Source: a virus. From it: a stretch of DNA of 64,000 bases. This document shows positions 37,018 to 47,364 of the stretch, one piece after another. A model generated the notes under the pieces. That model searched no databases. It was given only the letters and a program-made list of their open reading frames with translations, and was not told the origin of the DNA. Position 1 is the stretch's first letter, and every line of letters begins with the position of its first letter. Both the position numbers and the translations under genes were made by a program. The stretch is taken from the IMG/VR virus record IMGVR_UViG_2663762850_000003, one strand, 5' to 3'.

Positions 37018-40000
37018 TAATTCCATTCCCCCAGAATAATACGCCCGCCATTCGCCAGATTTACCGTCACACCGTTACCGTTGATGACCACACCATTTCC
37101 GCTACCGGCCAGGGAGAATCTTCCCTCCGTTGCAATAATGGCCCCCCGCACCGTCACTTCATTAAACTCAGCGTTACCGGCTTTATTGATGATCCAGCCC
37201 GCGGAGCCCGCCACGTAGTTATTTGACTGAATGGACGCGCCGATTTTGGCGCTGGTAATCGTGCCGTTCTGGATAAAGGCCGAGTTCATAAACACCTGGC
37301 CGTTTACCACTGCAAACGGTGAGTAACGGTTGTTTCCGCTACCGCTCATCACCACAAACTGATTCGCATTCACCGCAAAGCGGGTATCGACAGCGGTGCC
37401 GTTAATGGTGACCGCCACCGACAGCCCGGCGTCATAATACTGCCCCTTATACTGCACGCCGGTTTTCATGGTGTAGATGGCAGAGCCGCCGTTTGCATCA
37501 ACATACGCATCCATTTTGCCTTCTACCGCGGCCGCCACATCCTCAAACCGCGCCACCACCGTGTCGTTTATCTCACTGATGGCCGATGTGTTATCCGCCG
37601 TGGCTTTCTCGAGACGACTGGCGGTGGCGTTGAAATCGTCAAATTTCGCGTTCACCGTCGTCTCAAGCGCTGCGACGGACTTACCGGCATCGGCGGCCAG
37701 CGTCCGGGCCTCAATGATGCCCGCGCGGTTATTGCCATACATCTTCCACTGCTGGTTCACCGTGTCGTGGCCGCCCAGGGCATTCTGCAGAATGGCTTCG
37801 GGATCGAGGGTTATCTGGCTGAGCAGCGCCTCACCGTCTTCCTTCGTCATGAAGTCGCCCGCGATATCGCCCAGGTAATCCTCCGCGTTGTCGTTCGCCA
37901 TGCCACGTACCCACGCCGTCCATGCCGACTGGTTCCCGATACGGTCAACCAGCCGCGCGCGGTACCAGAAGATTTGACCGGCGCGCAGACCGAGCTGCGT
38001 GTAGCGGCGCGCCGGATAGGGCACATCGGAGAGCAGCAGCGCGTCGCTGCCGTCGGGCGCAGCGGCATACTGAATTTCGGTCATCAGCGTGTCGTCCGCG
38101 CCGTCCGGGAAAGTCCAGTCGAGCTGGATGCCCCAGTTGATCGCCGTGGTGCGGAAGTTCAGCGGCACCGGCGGCTGCCCCACCTTGCCGGTCAGCGTCA
38201 CCTCGTCGCTGGTCTGCCAGACCGAGGCAACATCGCTGGCGTTCACGGCGCTGACGCGCGCCATATACCGCCCGGCATAGATACCCTGCACCTCAAAGCC
38301 GAGCGAGCTCGTGCGCGGTACATTCACCCAGTCGCCGTTATCCTTGCGCCACTGGCATTCATACGCCACGGCACCGGGCGCGGCGGGCCAGGCGACACGC
38401 AGGGTTTCCACGCTGAGGCCCTGCACCACGCGGCTGTAACTGCTGAGGGTCACGGATGCGGGCGGCACCTGCGCGCCGGGTGGAATGGCCGATACCGGGC
38501 GTTCATCGAGCCTGGCGCCGGAATCGATGGCGGCATACTTATCCGGATTGTGCTGCACCGCGCTGATGGTCCAGGTGCCGTCGTTGTTGTCTTCGACAGA
38601 CGTGACCCGGTACTGCTGGATCGCCACATCCTGCGCATCCACCGACCAGACCGCCTCGCGCTCCGGCGTTTCGCTGAATGCCGCAGACACCGTGACGTTG
38701 CGGCCGCTGACCGCCTGCAGGGTACGGGCCTGTGATTTACCGGACGGCAGGTTGACGATAAGCCTGTCGCCCGCTTTTGCATCCGGCGCCCGGTCGAGTG
38801 TCAGCGCGCGACCGTTCACCTGACTGATACGCCCGCCCATCACCCGCCCGGACAGATACTGATCCGCCACGCCGATGATATGGCCCGGCAGCGGGATAAT
38901 GCCTTCGAGCCCGGTGGCGAAACTCACCATCCGGTCTTTAGCATTTGTCAGCAGCGCCCAGCGGCCGCGGCGGTTGGCCTCGGTGCGCCGCGTGCAGCCG
39001 ATGGCGGAGATCTGCGTCTGGCGCACGCCGTAGCGGCGCACCAGGTCAGGCTCCATTACCGCTTCCACTTCATCGGTGTAATGGTTCTCCGGGTTTGACC
39101 AGCTCACCATCGCCGTTGAATAACGGTTCTTCTCGCTGCCGCTGGCGTAGGAGAATTTGCCGTCGATGACGTTGGCCCGGGTGTAGACATACGTCATGTC
39201 GCGCGGCATGTCCGCCAGCGCGGAGAGCTGGTTACCGGCCCAGTAGGTCATGCCACGAAAGATGCTCGCCAGGTCGCGCAGCACCGTAAACGCCTCGTTC
39301 TGACTCTGGATATACACGTCGCAGAGAAATCGCGGCTCGGTACCGCTGCCGCCGGTACCGTCGGGCACGGGCTGGTCGCAGTACTGCGCGATGCGGTAGA
39401 GCTCCCACTTGTCCACCTGGGTCGCATCCAGCCGGTCACCGGTTCCGAAACGGTCGCTCAGCACCAGGTCGTAAAAGACCCAGGCGGGGTTATTGCTCCA
39501 GGCCCATTTAAACGAGCCGTCCCAGGTGCCGGAATAGCTGCGGGTCACCGGATCGTAAGTGGTGGGCACGCGGATTTGCCGCCCGCGGGCGCGGAGGCTG
39601 ATCTGCGGGATATTGCTGAACTGCTTCGCGTTGAACGACACAAAGAGCAGCGCGGTGTTCGGGTAGCGCAGCTTTGCATCGATGATTTCCGAATAGGCCT
39701 CGATATTGGTGGTGTCGACGATGCGGCTGGAGGTGCTGTCCACCGTCGTCCGCCGTACACGAAGCTGCCAGCCGGTCCGGGCGGGCGGGAGATCGATGCG
39801 GTGGCTGCGCTCATACAGCGAGGTGGTCTTACCGTCGAACGCGCCGTTCAGCACCGTGACATACCCGCCGCCGTCGGCGGACAGCTCAATTTTGTAGTCG
39901 ACGCGGTAACCGACCACATCCCCGTTGTCCTTCATGCGCTGCAGCGAAGGTACGCCGAGGCGAACCCGGACGGCAGAGAGCTGCGTGTTACTGATGGCGC

Positions 40001-40319
40001 GCGTCCACGGCTGTGTCGCTTTAAGCTGAGTGTTAATGGTGATTTCATTTTCCACCGACGGCACGCCGGGGATGTAAGCCTGCGCCTGGGTGCCGGACCG
40101 GAACTCCCATTTCACACCCGGAAAGTTAAGCGTGCCGTCAGCGCTGCGGATCGGGGTGCCGTCGAGAAAGATATCTTTATCCGTGAGGCCGCCGGCGAAC
40201 TCCCCCTCGCCCAGCGCAAGCAAGATTTTGGCGGTCGCAATGGACTGGAGTGAATCAGGGGATTCATGCGGCGTGCGGGGTTTATCACCGCCACCCTTTT
40301 TACCGGTTATTTTTTCCAT
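37017..40319 (-). CDS. Central tail fibre/host-specificity protein (lambda J-like)
   Basis: Start moved to ATG 40319 (MEKITGKKGGG); WSNNPAW.FYD motif, FN3-like and C-terminal FAV.A.QF segments. Confidence 0.92.
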   Translation of the reverse strand: MEKITGKKGGGDKPRTPHESPDSLQSIATAKILLALGEGEFAGGLTDKDIFLDGTPIRSADGTLNFPGVKWEFRSGTQAQAYIPGVPSVENEITINTQLKATQPWTRAISNTQLSAVRVRLGVPSLQRMKDNGDVVGYRVDYKIELSADGGGYVTVLNGAFDGKTTSLYERSHRIDLPPARTGWQLRVRRTTVDSTSSRIVDTTNIEAYSEIIDAKLRYPNTALLFVSFNAKQFSNIPQISLRARGRQIRVPTTYDPVTRSYSGTWDGSFKWAWSNNPAWVFYDLVLSDRFGTGDRLDATQVDKWELYRIAQYCDQPVPDGTGGSGTEPRFLCDVYIQSQNEAFTVLRDLASIFRGMTYWAGNQLSALADMPRDMTYVYTRANVIDGKFSYASGSEKNRYSTAMVSWSNPENHYTDEVEAVMEPDLVRRYGVRQTQISAIGCTRRTEANRRGRWALLTNAKDRMVSFATGLEGIIPLPGHIIGVADQYLSGRVMGGRISQVNGRALTLDRAPDAKAGDRLIVNLPSGKSQARTLQAVSGRNVTVSAAFSETPEREAVWSVDAQDVAIQQYRVTSVEDNNDGTWTISAVQHNPDKYAAIDSGARLDERPVSAIPPGAQVPPASVTLSSYSRVVQGLSVETLRVAWPAAPGAVAYECQWRKDNGDWVNVPRTSSLGFEVQGIYAGRYMARVSAVNASDVASVWQTSDEVTLTGKVGQPPVPLNFRTTAINWGIQLDWTFPDGADDTLMTEIQYAAAPDGSDALLLSDVPYPARRYTQLGLRAGQIFWYRARLVDRIGNQSAWTAWVRGMANDNAEDYLGDIAGDFMTKEDGEALLSQITLDPEAILQNALGGHDTVNQQWKMYGNNRAGIIEARTLAADAGKSVAALETTVNAKFDDFNATASRLEKATADNTSAISEINDTVVARFEDVAAAVEGKMDAYVDANGGSAIYTMKTGVQYKGQYYDAGLSVAVTINGTAVDTRFAVNANQFVVMSGSGNNRYSPFAVVNGQVFMNSAFIQNGTITSAKIGASIQSNNYVAGSAGWIINKAGNAEFNEVTVRGAIIATEGRFSLAGSGNGVVINGNGVTVNLANGGRIILGEWN

Positions 40320-40368
40320 ACTGCGCCCATAAAAAAAGCGCCCGCAGGCGCTGTTATCAGACCGGTTT

Positions 40369-40965
40369 TCACTGGTCGTTGGTGTAGATGCCGGCGGAGA
40401 CAATCGCGCCGCCGATTTCGCGCTCGCCATACAAGAGCCCGACGGGATTACCCATTGCCGTGGTATTCACGGGCCCGCCAAAGGCGTAGCTCGGCGCGTT
40501 ATCGGGGTCCTGACGCGATGCCAGTCCTCCGGGCTGCGGTGACAGCATCTGCACCACGCCGCCGGCCATCAGCCCGATACCGGCCTGTAAGGCATACGGG
40601 CCCCACGTCGCCCCGCCCCAGGCCTGCCCAATGGTCATGCCAATGGCACCGACCACCACCAGCACCGCGCCCAGTATTGTCTGCAGCACGCCCGCCCGCT
40701 TGCTGCCGGCGATCACCGGCGCAATGCGGATATCCGCTTCGCCGCTGTTGTGCTTCAGCTCATCCTGGCCGATGTTCTTTTTCCCCCTGAACACGGCAAA
40801 GCGCAGGCCGCGCAGGTGCGCCGTCTGCATGTACTGCTCAAAGCCGGGGATAATGACTGACAGCGCGCGGCAGGCTTCCGCCGGGCTGGCTATCACCAGC
40901 CGGTGCTCGCGACCAAACCGCGCACCCAGCGCGCCGTACAGCCGCACCGTTTTCAGTTGGTTCAT
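40369..40965 (-). CDS. Tail assembly protein I
   Basis: TVRLYGALG.RFGR start; PV.LLYGE.EIG end. Confidence 0.9.
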   Translation of the reverse strand: MNQLKTVRLYGALGARFGREHRLVIASPAEACRALSVIIPGFEQYMQTAHLRGLRFAVFRGKKNIGQDELKHNSGEADIRIAPVIAGSKRAGVLQTILGAVLVVVGAIGMTIGQAWGGATWGPYALQAGIGLMAGGVVQMLSPQPGGLASRQDPDNAPSYAFGGPVNTTAMGNPVGLLYGEREIGGAIVSAGIYTNDQ

Positions 40966-41666
40966 GGCAGATCCTTGTGTCTGACAATTTTGATGGTGCG
41001 CTCGCGCAGGTAGCCGCCATATGGCGTGGTGCAGGAGAGCTGGCCGTAGAGGTGATGCAGCAGTTGGTTACCCTCCAGCAGAATACCGGCGTGATTCACC
41101 ACCGGCGCGGACACCTGCATCAGCACCATGTCGCCGGGCCGCGGCTCTGTGACTTCGCGAAACCCCTCGGCATACCAGTTATCCATATAGAGATTTTCGC
41201 CCCGCTCCCACCACGGGTAATCAACGCTGTAGTTGCGAAGCGTCACGCCTTGCTGCCGGTGCCAGTCCATCACCAGCGACCAGCAGTCCGCATAACCCAG
41301 CTCAAAAGCGCGCCCTCCCAGCGGCCGTTCGCCGCGGGGCGCGATGGTGCGCAGGTCACCTTCCGGCCACGAGACGATTACCCAGGGGATGCCGTGGGCG
41401 TCGCATTGAAGCTGGTCGAGCTCGCTCGGCTGGGTGGTGGCGCCGTCGCCCGGGTGGGAATGCACAATGGCGGTGACGGTGCCCCAGTCTTCCGCGGCAG
41501 CGTAATCCTCCGGCGACAGTTCAAACTGCTCCTCCGGCGCGCCGGTGATGTTCCGGCACGGGAAATACCGCTCGACGCGACTTTTCTGCGCCACCAGGCC
41601 GCAGCACTCGCGCGGGTATTCCGCCTCAGCATGGGCCAGGATATCGGCAATGGTTTTATCGCGCAT
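40962..41666 (-). CDS. Tail assembly protein K (JAB + NlpC/P60)
   Basis: YPRECCG, VHSHP...PS..D, DCWSL, NHAG motifs. Confidence 0.92.
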   Translation of the reverse strand: MRDKTIADILAHAEAEYPRECCGLVAQKSRVERYFPCRNITGAPEEQFELSPEDYAAAEDWGTVTAIVHSHPGDGATTQPSELDQLQCDAHGIPWVIVSWPEGDLRTIAPRGERPLGGRAFELGYADCWSLVMDWHRQQGVTLRNYSVDYPWWERGENLYMDNWYAEGFREVTEPRPGDMVLMQVSAPVVNHAGILLEGNQLLHHLYGQLSCTTPYGGYLRERTIKIVRHKDLP

Positions 41667-41668
41667 GG

Positions 41669-42421
41669 TTACCTCCGGATCAGGCTGGCGCCGGGAAAGC
41701 CGCCGAAATCGAGCTGGGCATCCGCGCCAAAGCGTTTTTTACAGTCGGTCAGCAGGCCTGAGCATTTATCCTGTGCCGGGTCGGTCACCGGGTTACCTTT
41801 CAGATCAAACATGCGCGGGCCGTTGTAGGTACAGCCGTCACCGCTGCGGTATTTATTGCGGCAGGCCCAGGTGCAGACCGCCGTGATTTGGCGCGTCGGG
41901 ATCAGCAGCCCCTGCAGGTCCATCGGGCTGGAGAGGCGAAACTCCACCACCTCGTTGTCCTCTGCCGCCTTGCTGTCGATGTAAAATACCTGGCGGAAAT
42001 ACTGCCCCGGATCCGCCGACGGGTTGCCGTCAGGAAAGGTACGCGCATCAAGATACTGCCCGAATGTATCCAGAATCGTGACCTTCGCCTGCACCATGTC
42101 ATCAAAGCGCAGACAGAGCGCGGTCACCACGCCATCAAGGTTGGCGATGCGCAGCACCGGCTCCGCACTCTGGCCGTCACTCGACGACGCCAGCCCGGTA
42201 ATTTCAAACGGCCAGGCACCGTATTCCTCGTCATCAAACCAGATGGATTTAGCGGCAAGCTTCGAAGTGTCACCGCCGCTTGCCGCGATTTCTTCCGGCG
42301 AGTGGGGAATGGTGCAGGCGTGAAAGCGCAGCACGCCCGCGCCGAACGCCGAGCCATCGACGGTCACCAGGCGGACACTGTCGCCGGGCTCAAGCTTCTG
42401 AACGTCATTACTGATTGCCAT
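41669..42421 (-). CDS. Minor tail protein L
   Basis: C.W.....YR...GC.Y.G and DKC......CK.RFG Fe-S motifs. Confidence 0.92.
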   Translation of the reverse strand: MAISNDVQKLEPGDSVRLVTVDGSAFGAGVLRFHACTIPHSPEEIAASGGDTSKLAAKSIWFDDEEYGAWPFEITGLASSSDGQSAEPVLRIANLDGVVTALCLRFDDMVQAKVTILDTFGQYLDARTFPDGNPSADPGQYFRQVFYIDSKAAEDNEVVEFRLSSPMDLQGLLIPTRQITAVCTWACRNKYRSGDGCTYNGPRMFDLKGNPVTDPAQDKCSGLLTDCKKRFGADAQLDFGGFPGASLIRR

Positions 42422-42427
42422 AAGTAC

Positions 42428-42766
42428 CTACGGAGCGAATGCCTGTGTGAAGGTCGCTGAAAGCGAATATTTACCGGCGCCCAGCGCCGACGGGCGGTAG
42501 GCATCACAACGGTAAAGCCCCGCGCCTTTCAGCGGTGCCTGCCAGACGAATGAACGGCTGCCGCCATGTCTGTCGAGGAAGTCCATAATCGCGGTGATGT
42601 AGCTTTCATCCCCGACGAATTCCAGATCCCATTTCTGACCGCGGGCGTTAATGCCGTCTCCCGACGCCTGGGCGTACCCGTCGCCGAACTGCGCGCGGCG
42701 GACGCGGTGAGTCACCTCGCCCCCGGCATTAATGCGCGGGCACCAGGTAAAGGTTTCGGTTGCCAT
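42428..42766 (-). CDS. Minor tail protein M (distal tail)
   Basis: FTW.P, QFGDGY.Q...DGIN motifs. Confidence 0.9.
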   Translation of the reverse strand: MATETFTWCPRINAGGEVTHRVRRAQFGDGYAQASGDGINARGQKWDLEFVGDESYITAIMDFLDRHGGSRSFVWQAPLKGAGLYRCDAYRPSALGAGKYSLSATFTQAFAP

Positions 42767-42812
42767 GTTTCACCCATAAAAAAACCCGCCGTAGCGGGTG
42801 GTAAATTGATTT

Positions 42813-45800
42813 TTAGCGCTTGCCCTGCGTAGCGTTCCACAAGGGGGTACCGGGCTTGCGCAGCTGCGAGTTGATGGTATCGAGGATGGCGCCGGTGAGC
42901 TGGTTAGCCACCGCGCCCGCGGCGTTAGCGTTACCCTGTGCACCACCTTTGTCGCCTGTGAAATTAATGGTCCCGATGCTGACGCTGACGCCCGCGCCGC
43001 CCTGCGCGCCGCTACCCAGCGCTTTTACGCCCAGCCTGCCGGTGGCGTCGCGGGTCAGCGGCATAATGGCTTCCGGCCCGGCCTCGCCCATCACGCCGGC
43101 CCCCTTCGCAAACGCAAAAAAGGTGGGGGTATCAACGACACTACCGCTATAGCTGCTAAGATCGGCTGACGAATAAACCCCACCCTTCGCGTTAAACTGA
43201 AACGACGCACCGTAGTTCTGAATGGCGGTGCCCGCACCGGCACTGCCGGTTGCGCTTCCGGCGACGCCTCCCGCAATTCCTCCGAGAAGGGAGCCGAAAA
43301 GTCCACTGCCAGACGAACCGCCACCCATCGCGTTAACCACGGCCATCTGCAGCGCAACCTTTGAGATAGTCTGCAGAACGGATAACCCCCAGTCCTTCCA
43401 GCTGGCCTTGTTACCCACCAGCATTGCGGAGACGTTATCAAGCGCACTGTCCATCGTGGAGGTAATGCCCTGCGATACCGTGCCGGCAATGTTGCTGACG
43501 TTATCCATCCAGTCAGCAAGCCCCGCACTTACGCCCGCGCGCCAGTCCAGTTCGCTGGCCTTCGCCTGCTGATATTTTTTATCAAGCGCATCCAGCGCTG
43601 ACTGACGCGCTGCGATTGCTTCTGCCCCCTTATCGGTTTTATCAAAAACGCGCTCAACCTCCTGCCGCTCGCGGTACTGTTCACGCTGGCGGTTCCCCAT
43701 TCCTGACGTAGTGGCGGTTAAGCCAGCATCATCCTGGTAGCGGCGTGCCGCGTCCTTCAGATCTTTCAGCGCGTCAGCCATTTCATGCTGCTTGCGGACA
43801 GCCTCATCGGCTTTCTGCGTCCACTGAGCCAGCGCCACGGCACCCGCCTCAATGGATTTTCGCTGCTCCTCGCTCCACTTCACGCCATTTTCATGAGAGG
43901 CAGCGTAGAGCTCAGCCGCTTTTTCTCCCTGCGTAGCGCGTACCTTCTGGACCTCTACAGCAACACTCAGATCGGCGATTTTTCGGCTGTATTGTTCAGC
44001 GGTCTGCGCCGCCTCTCTCGCCGCTTTATTCTGGGCATGGGTTGCAGCCGTCTCATCCTTTTTCACCTGGGCCAGCGCCTCATCTTTCCGGGCGGCCTGA
44101 TCCTTATTGTAAATATACTGGGTATAGAGCGCCCCGGTCAGTTTCAGATCCTGCGCTTCATAAACATGCTGCTGATGAAGTTTCTGCAAGCCGGACAGAC
44201 TCGCCAGCTCATTATCGCGACGGGCTTTTTCCAGTGCTGTTGTCTGCTGGGGCGTCGCGTTAGAGGCGGAAATTACCGGCCCGGCATACGATGCAGGTCG
44301 ACTGGCGGGTGTTACCCCCATGCTGCGGTTCAGTAGATCATATGCCCCTTTCAGGGTGGCAATAGCCCCTGCCTCCTGAATGGCTTTCTGCGTAGCCTGT
44401 TCGCTGGCGTCGTTAAACAATCGTTGGGTCTGCTGAAGTTTTGAAACGGCCTGCTCCCGCTGATACTCCAGATTGTTCAGCTGATCCGTAAGAGAAATAT
44501 TTTTCTCTGTAATATCCGCCTGGTCCATAAACGTGTTAATCCACGTCATGGTTGGGTTTTGGTTATAGTCCTGCTGAATTTGTGCGAGCCCCGTCAGACT
44601 GTCTTTAACCCTAGCTATCTGACTGTCAAGATCGGCTATATCCTTTTTCTGGGCATCAATGGATGAGCGGGCATTCGCTGCCGTAGAGCGCAGGCCGAGG
44701 GATGACATATCCTTAAGCCGGGCGTTGATCTCATCCAGGTTACTGGCAAAGCCTACAGCTTCTTTATGAACCTGCTCGGTATGCTGGTACAGGCCATACA
44801 TCGCTGCACCAGATGCCAGGATGACGCCCGGCCAGCCGCCTAACAGGCTCAGTACGCCACCACCCAGGCGGGACATCACAGAGGCGGTTTCAGTTAACCG
44901 GCTGGCAGCGGAGGAGCGGGCGCTGATAGCGTTATGAAGCTGTGCCTGCGCCGCGGTTAGCTGCCGCTCTGCTGTGATTTGCGCCTCAATGCCAGCCGCG
45001 GCGGCACGGGCCTGCTGCGCACGGTAAACAGCCTGCCTTGCCGTTGCCACACTGACCTGGGTGCCGCGCAGCTGCGCTTCCGCAAGCCCCACCTCTGCTG
45101 CTGTATTCCCAACCAGAGAAGCTGTTGCAGTTGTGATGCTGCCGACCATATTGCCGAAGTATCGCGCCACGCCCAGCCCGACAAGCGCGCCCGCGACATT
45201 CGCTACGGTATCGATGTTTTCTGCCAGTCCATCAAGTGCGCCCGACAATGAGGAAGATGCACCCACGGCCTGGTTAGCGCCGCCCACCCAGGCCATAAAA
45301 GCGTTCTCTACCTTCTGAGCAGATCCGCTGATACTTGCCGGAAGGGTGTCGAATTCTTTACGAAGCTGCGCCACATTGGTCAGCAGCGGCACAATCTTAT
45401 CGGTGGTCAGTTCCCCATTATTGGCCATGTTACGCAGTCCGCCGATCGTCGTGTGAAGACCGTCGGCAAGAAATTTGGCGAGACGTCCGCCACTTTCCAT
45501 AATCGCGTTAAACTCCTCACCACGCAGCACGCCAGAACCAAGCGCCTGACTGAGCTGCGTAATGACAGAACTGGCTTCTTCCGTGCTGGCGCCGGATAAC
45601 TTGAGGGAGGTCGCAACGGTTTCGGTGACGTTCGCCACGTCCGCAGATGCATAGCCAGCGTCACGCAGGGACTGAGCGATTCTGCTGTAGAGATTGGCGT
45701 TTGCTTCAAAAGAGGTTCCGGTCCGCTGACTGATAGACATCAGCGACTGTTGCGCCGTAGTAAAGTCCTGTGCCGAAGAAGAGGCGAGCCGCAGACGACC

Positions 45801-46085
45801 ATTCAGTTGGTTCCAGGTATCGGCATAGTGAATCAGCTGTCCGGTAGCAAACGCTCCGGCAAACGCGCCAGCCATACCTGCTGCGGATGACTTAACCGAT
45901 GCAAGCTGCGCATTGAGCTCGCCTAAAGAACGCTGCGTTTCTCGCGTAGCGGCAGCCGCACGGCGGCCCCCCTGTTCCATCGTTTTGTAATAATCAGAGC
46001 CCATCCGGGAGGCGCGGGAAATCTCAGACTGAAATGACTGAGAATTTGCAGAGATTTTGATTATTAATTCGCGCAGAGTGGCCAT
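42813..46085 (-). CDS. Tail tape measure protein
   Basis: 1090 aa helical; MATLRELIIKISA start; GEAGPEAIMPL.R C-terminal motif. Confidence 0.93.
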   Translation of the reverse strand: MATLRELIIKISANSQSFQSEISRASRMGSDYYKTMEQGGRRAAAATRETQRSLGELNAQLASVKSSAAGMAGAFAGAFATGQLIHYADTWNQLNGRLRLASSSAQDFTTAQQSLMSISQRTGTSFEANANLYSRIAQSLRDAGYASADVANVTETVATSLKLSGASTEEASSVITQLSQALGSGVLRGEEFNAIMESGGRLAKFLADGLHTTIGGLRNMANNGELTTDKIVPLLTNVAQLRKEFDTLPASISGSAQKVENAFMAWVGGANQAVGASSSLSGALDGLAENIDTVANVAGALVGLGVARYFGNMVGSITTATASLVGNTAAEVGLAEAQLRGTQVSVATARQAVYRAQQARAAAAGIEAQITAERQLTAAQAQLHNAISARSSAASRLTETASVMSRLGGGVLSLLGGWPGVILASGAAMYGLYQHTEQVHKEAVGFASNLDEINARLKDMSSLGLRSTAANARSSIDAQKKDIADLDSQIARVKDSLTGLAQIQQDYNQNPTMTWINTFMDQADITEKNISLTDQLNNLEYQREQAVSKLQQTQRLFNDASEQATQKAIQEAGAIATLKGAYDLLNRSMGVTPASRPASYAGPVISASNATPQQTTALEKARRDNELASLSGLQKLHQQHVYEAQDLKLTGALYTQYIYNKDQAARKDEALAQVKKDETAATHAQNKAAREAAQTAEQYSRKIADLSVAVEVQKVRATQGEKAAELYAASHENGVKWSEEQRKSIEAGAVALAQWTQKADEAVRKQHEMADALKDLKDAARRYQDDAGLTATTSGMGNRQREQYRERQEVERVFDKTDKGAEAIAARQSALDALDKKYQQAKASELDWRAGVSAGLADWMDNVSNIAGTVSQGITSTMDSALDNVSAMLVGNKASWKDWGLSVLQTISKVALQMAVVNAMGGGSSGSGLFGSLLGGIAGGVAGSATGSAGAGTAIQNYGASFQFNAKGGVYSSADLSSYSGSVVDTPTFFAFAKGAGVMGEAGPEAIMPLTRDATGRLGVKALGSGAQGGAGVSVSIGTINFTGDKGGAQGNANAAGAVANQLTGAILDTINSQLRKPGTPLWNATQGKR

Positions 46086-46096
46086 GTTAGTCCCAT

Positions 46097-46119
46097 AAAA
46101 AAACCCGCCGAAGCGGGTT
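46097..46119 (-). terminator. Intrinsic terminator after lipoprotein moron
   Basis: AACCCGC-TTCG-GCGGGTT followed by a T run on the minus strand. Confidence 0.75.
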
Positions 46120-46180
46120 CACATTTAAAAATTCAACCGGAACTTGTTCTTACGTAAGTCGAAATGAATTTCGCACTTAA

Positions 46181-46501
46181 TTATTGCTGTGTGCATTTCA
46201 CTGCTTTAAGTGACTCGAGCTGATTCAGACGCTCATGTGCTTTTTTTCGCGCATCATTTTTGGCCATACCGTTTCCGATACCGAAGTCGCCGAGAAAACC
46301 AAGCACAGTACGTCCATCAAACTGGCCGGTGCTTTCAATCTCCTGCTGAACACTATGTGCTTTAGCAATCTCTACATTTAATGCCTTACAGTCGAATGCG
46401 CTGGCCTCCTCGCTCGTTACAGACGAAGCCTGTGGATACTGCTTGGTCGCACATCCAGTGAGCATCAATAATCCAACTCCTAAAACCATTAATTTTTTCA
46501 T
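46181..46501 (-). CDS. Cargo: small lipoprotein (moron)
   Basis: MKK + hydrophobic core + lipobox LTGC; 106 aa; between tail chaperone and tape measure. Confidence 0.82.
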   Translation of the reverse strand: MKKLMVLGVGLLMLTGCATKQYPQASSVTSEEASAFDCKALNVEIAKAHSVQQEIESTGQFDGRTVLGFLGDFGIGNGMAKNDARKKAHERLNQLESLKAVKCTQQ

Positions 46502-46626
46502 TTTATGTTTCCGTTAATTGCAATCGGAAACATCCTAACATTATAGCCTTATCCCTACCCTACTATTTTGCAGGGATCAGAATCATTAAGTGTGTGCCGC
46601 AGCTAAGGCGACAGCAGGCCATTACT

Positions 46627-46932
46627 TCATTGTGCCAGCGCAGCAAAAAAGCCTTCCAGCCCGGAGTTGTCCTCTTGCTGATCCAGCGCGCTCCACTGCA
46701 GGAGAACATCATCAATGCTTAACTTTGCGCCCTGTGAGTTAAGCACTGCAGCGGCAACCTGCGCAGCCTGGATATCGCCGCGCCGGTCGCTGATCGGGTT
46801 GAGGCGATCAAATTCGATCCACATACGCAACTCGCTGGCCGTCATTGTCTGCTTCAGTTCAAGAAGCGTACGCCCGAGACGCAGCGCCAGTGTCATCAGG
46901 AAGAAAGTGCCGGGCTGGCTTACGGCTTTTCC
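46627..46932 (-). CDS. Tail chaperone C-terminal extension (probable -1 frameshift product)
   Basis: -1 frame from G GAA AAG (46926-46932) reads GKAVSQPGTFFLMTLALRLGRTL... open to 46627. Confidence 0.68.
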   Translation of the reverse strand, partial: GKAVSQPGTFFLMTLALRLGRTLLELKQTMTASELRMWIEFDRLNPISDRRGDIQAAQVAAAVLNSQGAKLSIDDVLLQWSALDQQEDNSGLEGFFAALAQ

Positions 46933-47315
46933 ACTTCGGCAGCCGAAGTGGTCAGATCGAGTGCCTGCTTAAGAAGACGGGCGTGCACCGGGCCATAAAA
47001 TAGCTCCACTTGCGGCTTGTCTTCTTCAGAAAATACCTGCGAGCCATCTTCTTCAAGTAGTACATCAATAAACAAAACGACGTCAGCGCTCTTGTTACGC
47101 AGCGCCCGCTCTGCAGCCGTCAGTTCTTCTGGTTCGCCATCTGTCTGCTTCGGGGTAAGCACCTGCTGCCATTCCAGCCAGGCCTGAGCGGAGGGCTCAC
47201 GCAGTTTTACTGTGGCGTTTTCCCATTCAGGTACAGTCACGACTTTGGTACGGAAGCCCGCCATAGGTGCCAGCGCAAGCGCGCGGAGTGAACTCTGTGA
47301 AACCTGCTTTTCCAT
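46920..47315 (-). CDS. Tail assembly chaperone
   Basis: VTVPEW....V.LREPS..AW..W motif; follows major tail protein. Confidence 0.85.
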   Translation of the reverse strand: MEKQVSQSSLRALALAPMAGFRTKVVTVPEWENATVKLREPSAQAWLEWQQVLTPKQTDGEPEELTAAERALRNKSADVVLFIDVLLEEDGSQVFSEEDKPQVELFYGPVHARLLKQALDLTTSAAEVEKP

Positions 47316-47364
47316 TTCATGACTCTCGTTTTAGCACTAAAAAAAGCGGCTTTCGCCGCTGTGA

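Noticed and set aside
36020-42799. Identical AAAAACCCGCCGTAGCGGGT at about 36020 and 42780
   Set aside because: Ordinary short intrinsic-terminator hairpins in a Q-antiterminated late operon; too short to imply recombination or a repeat family
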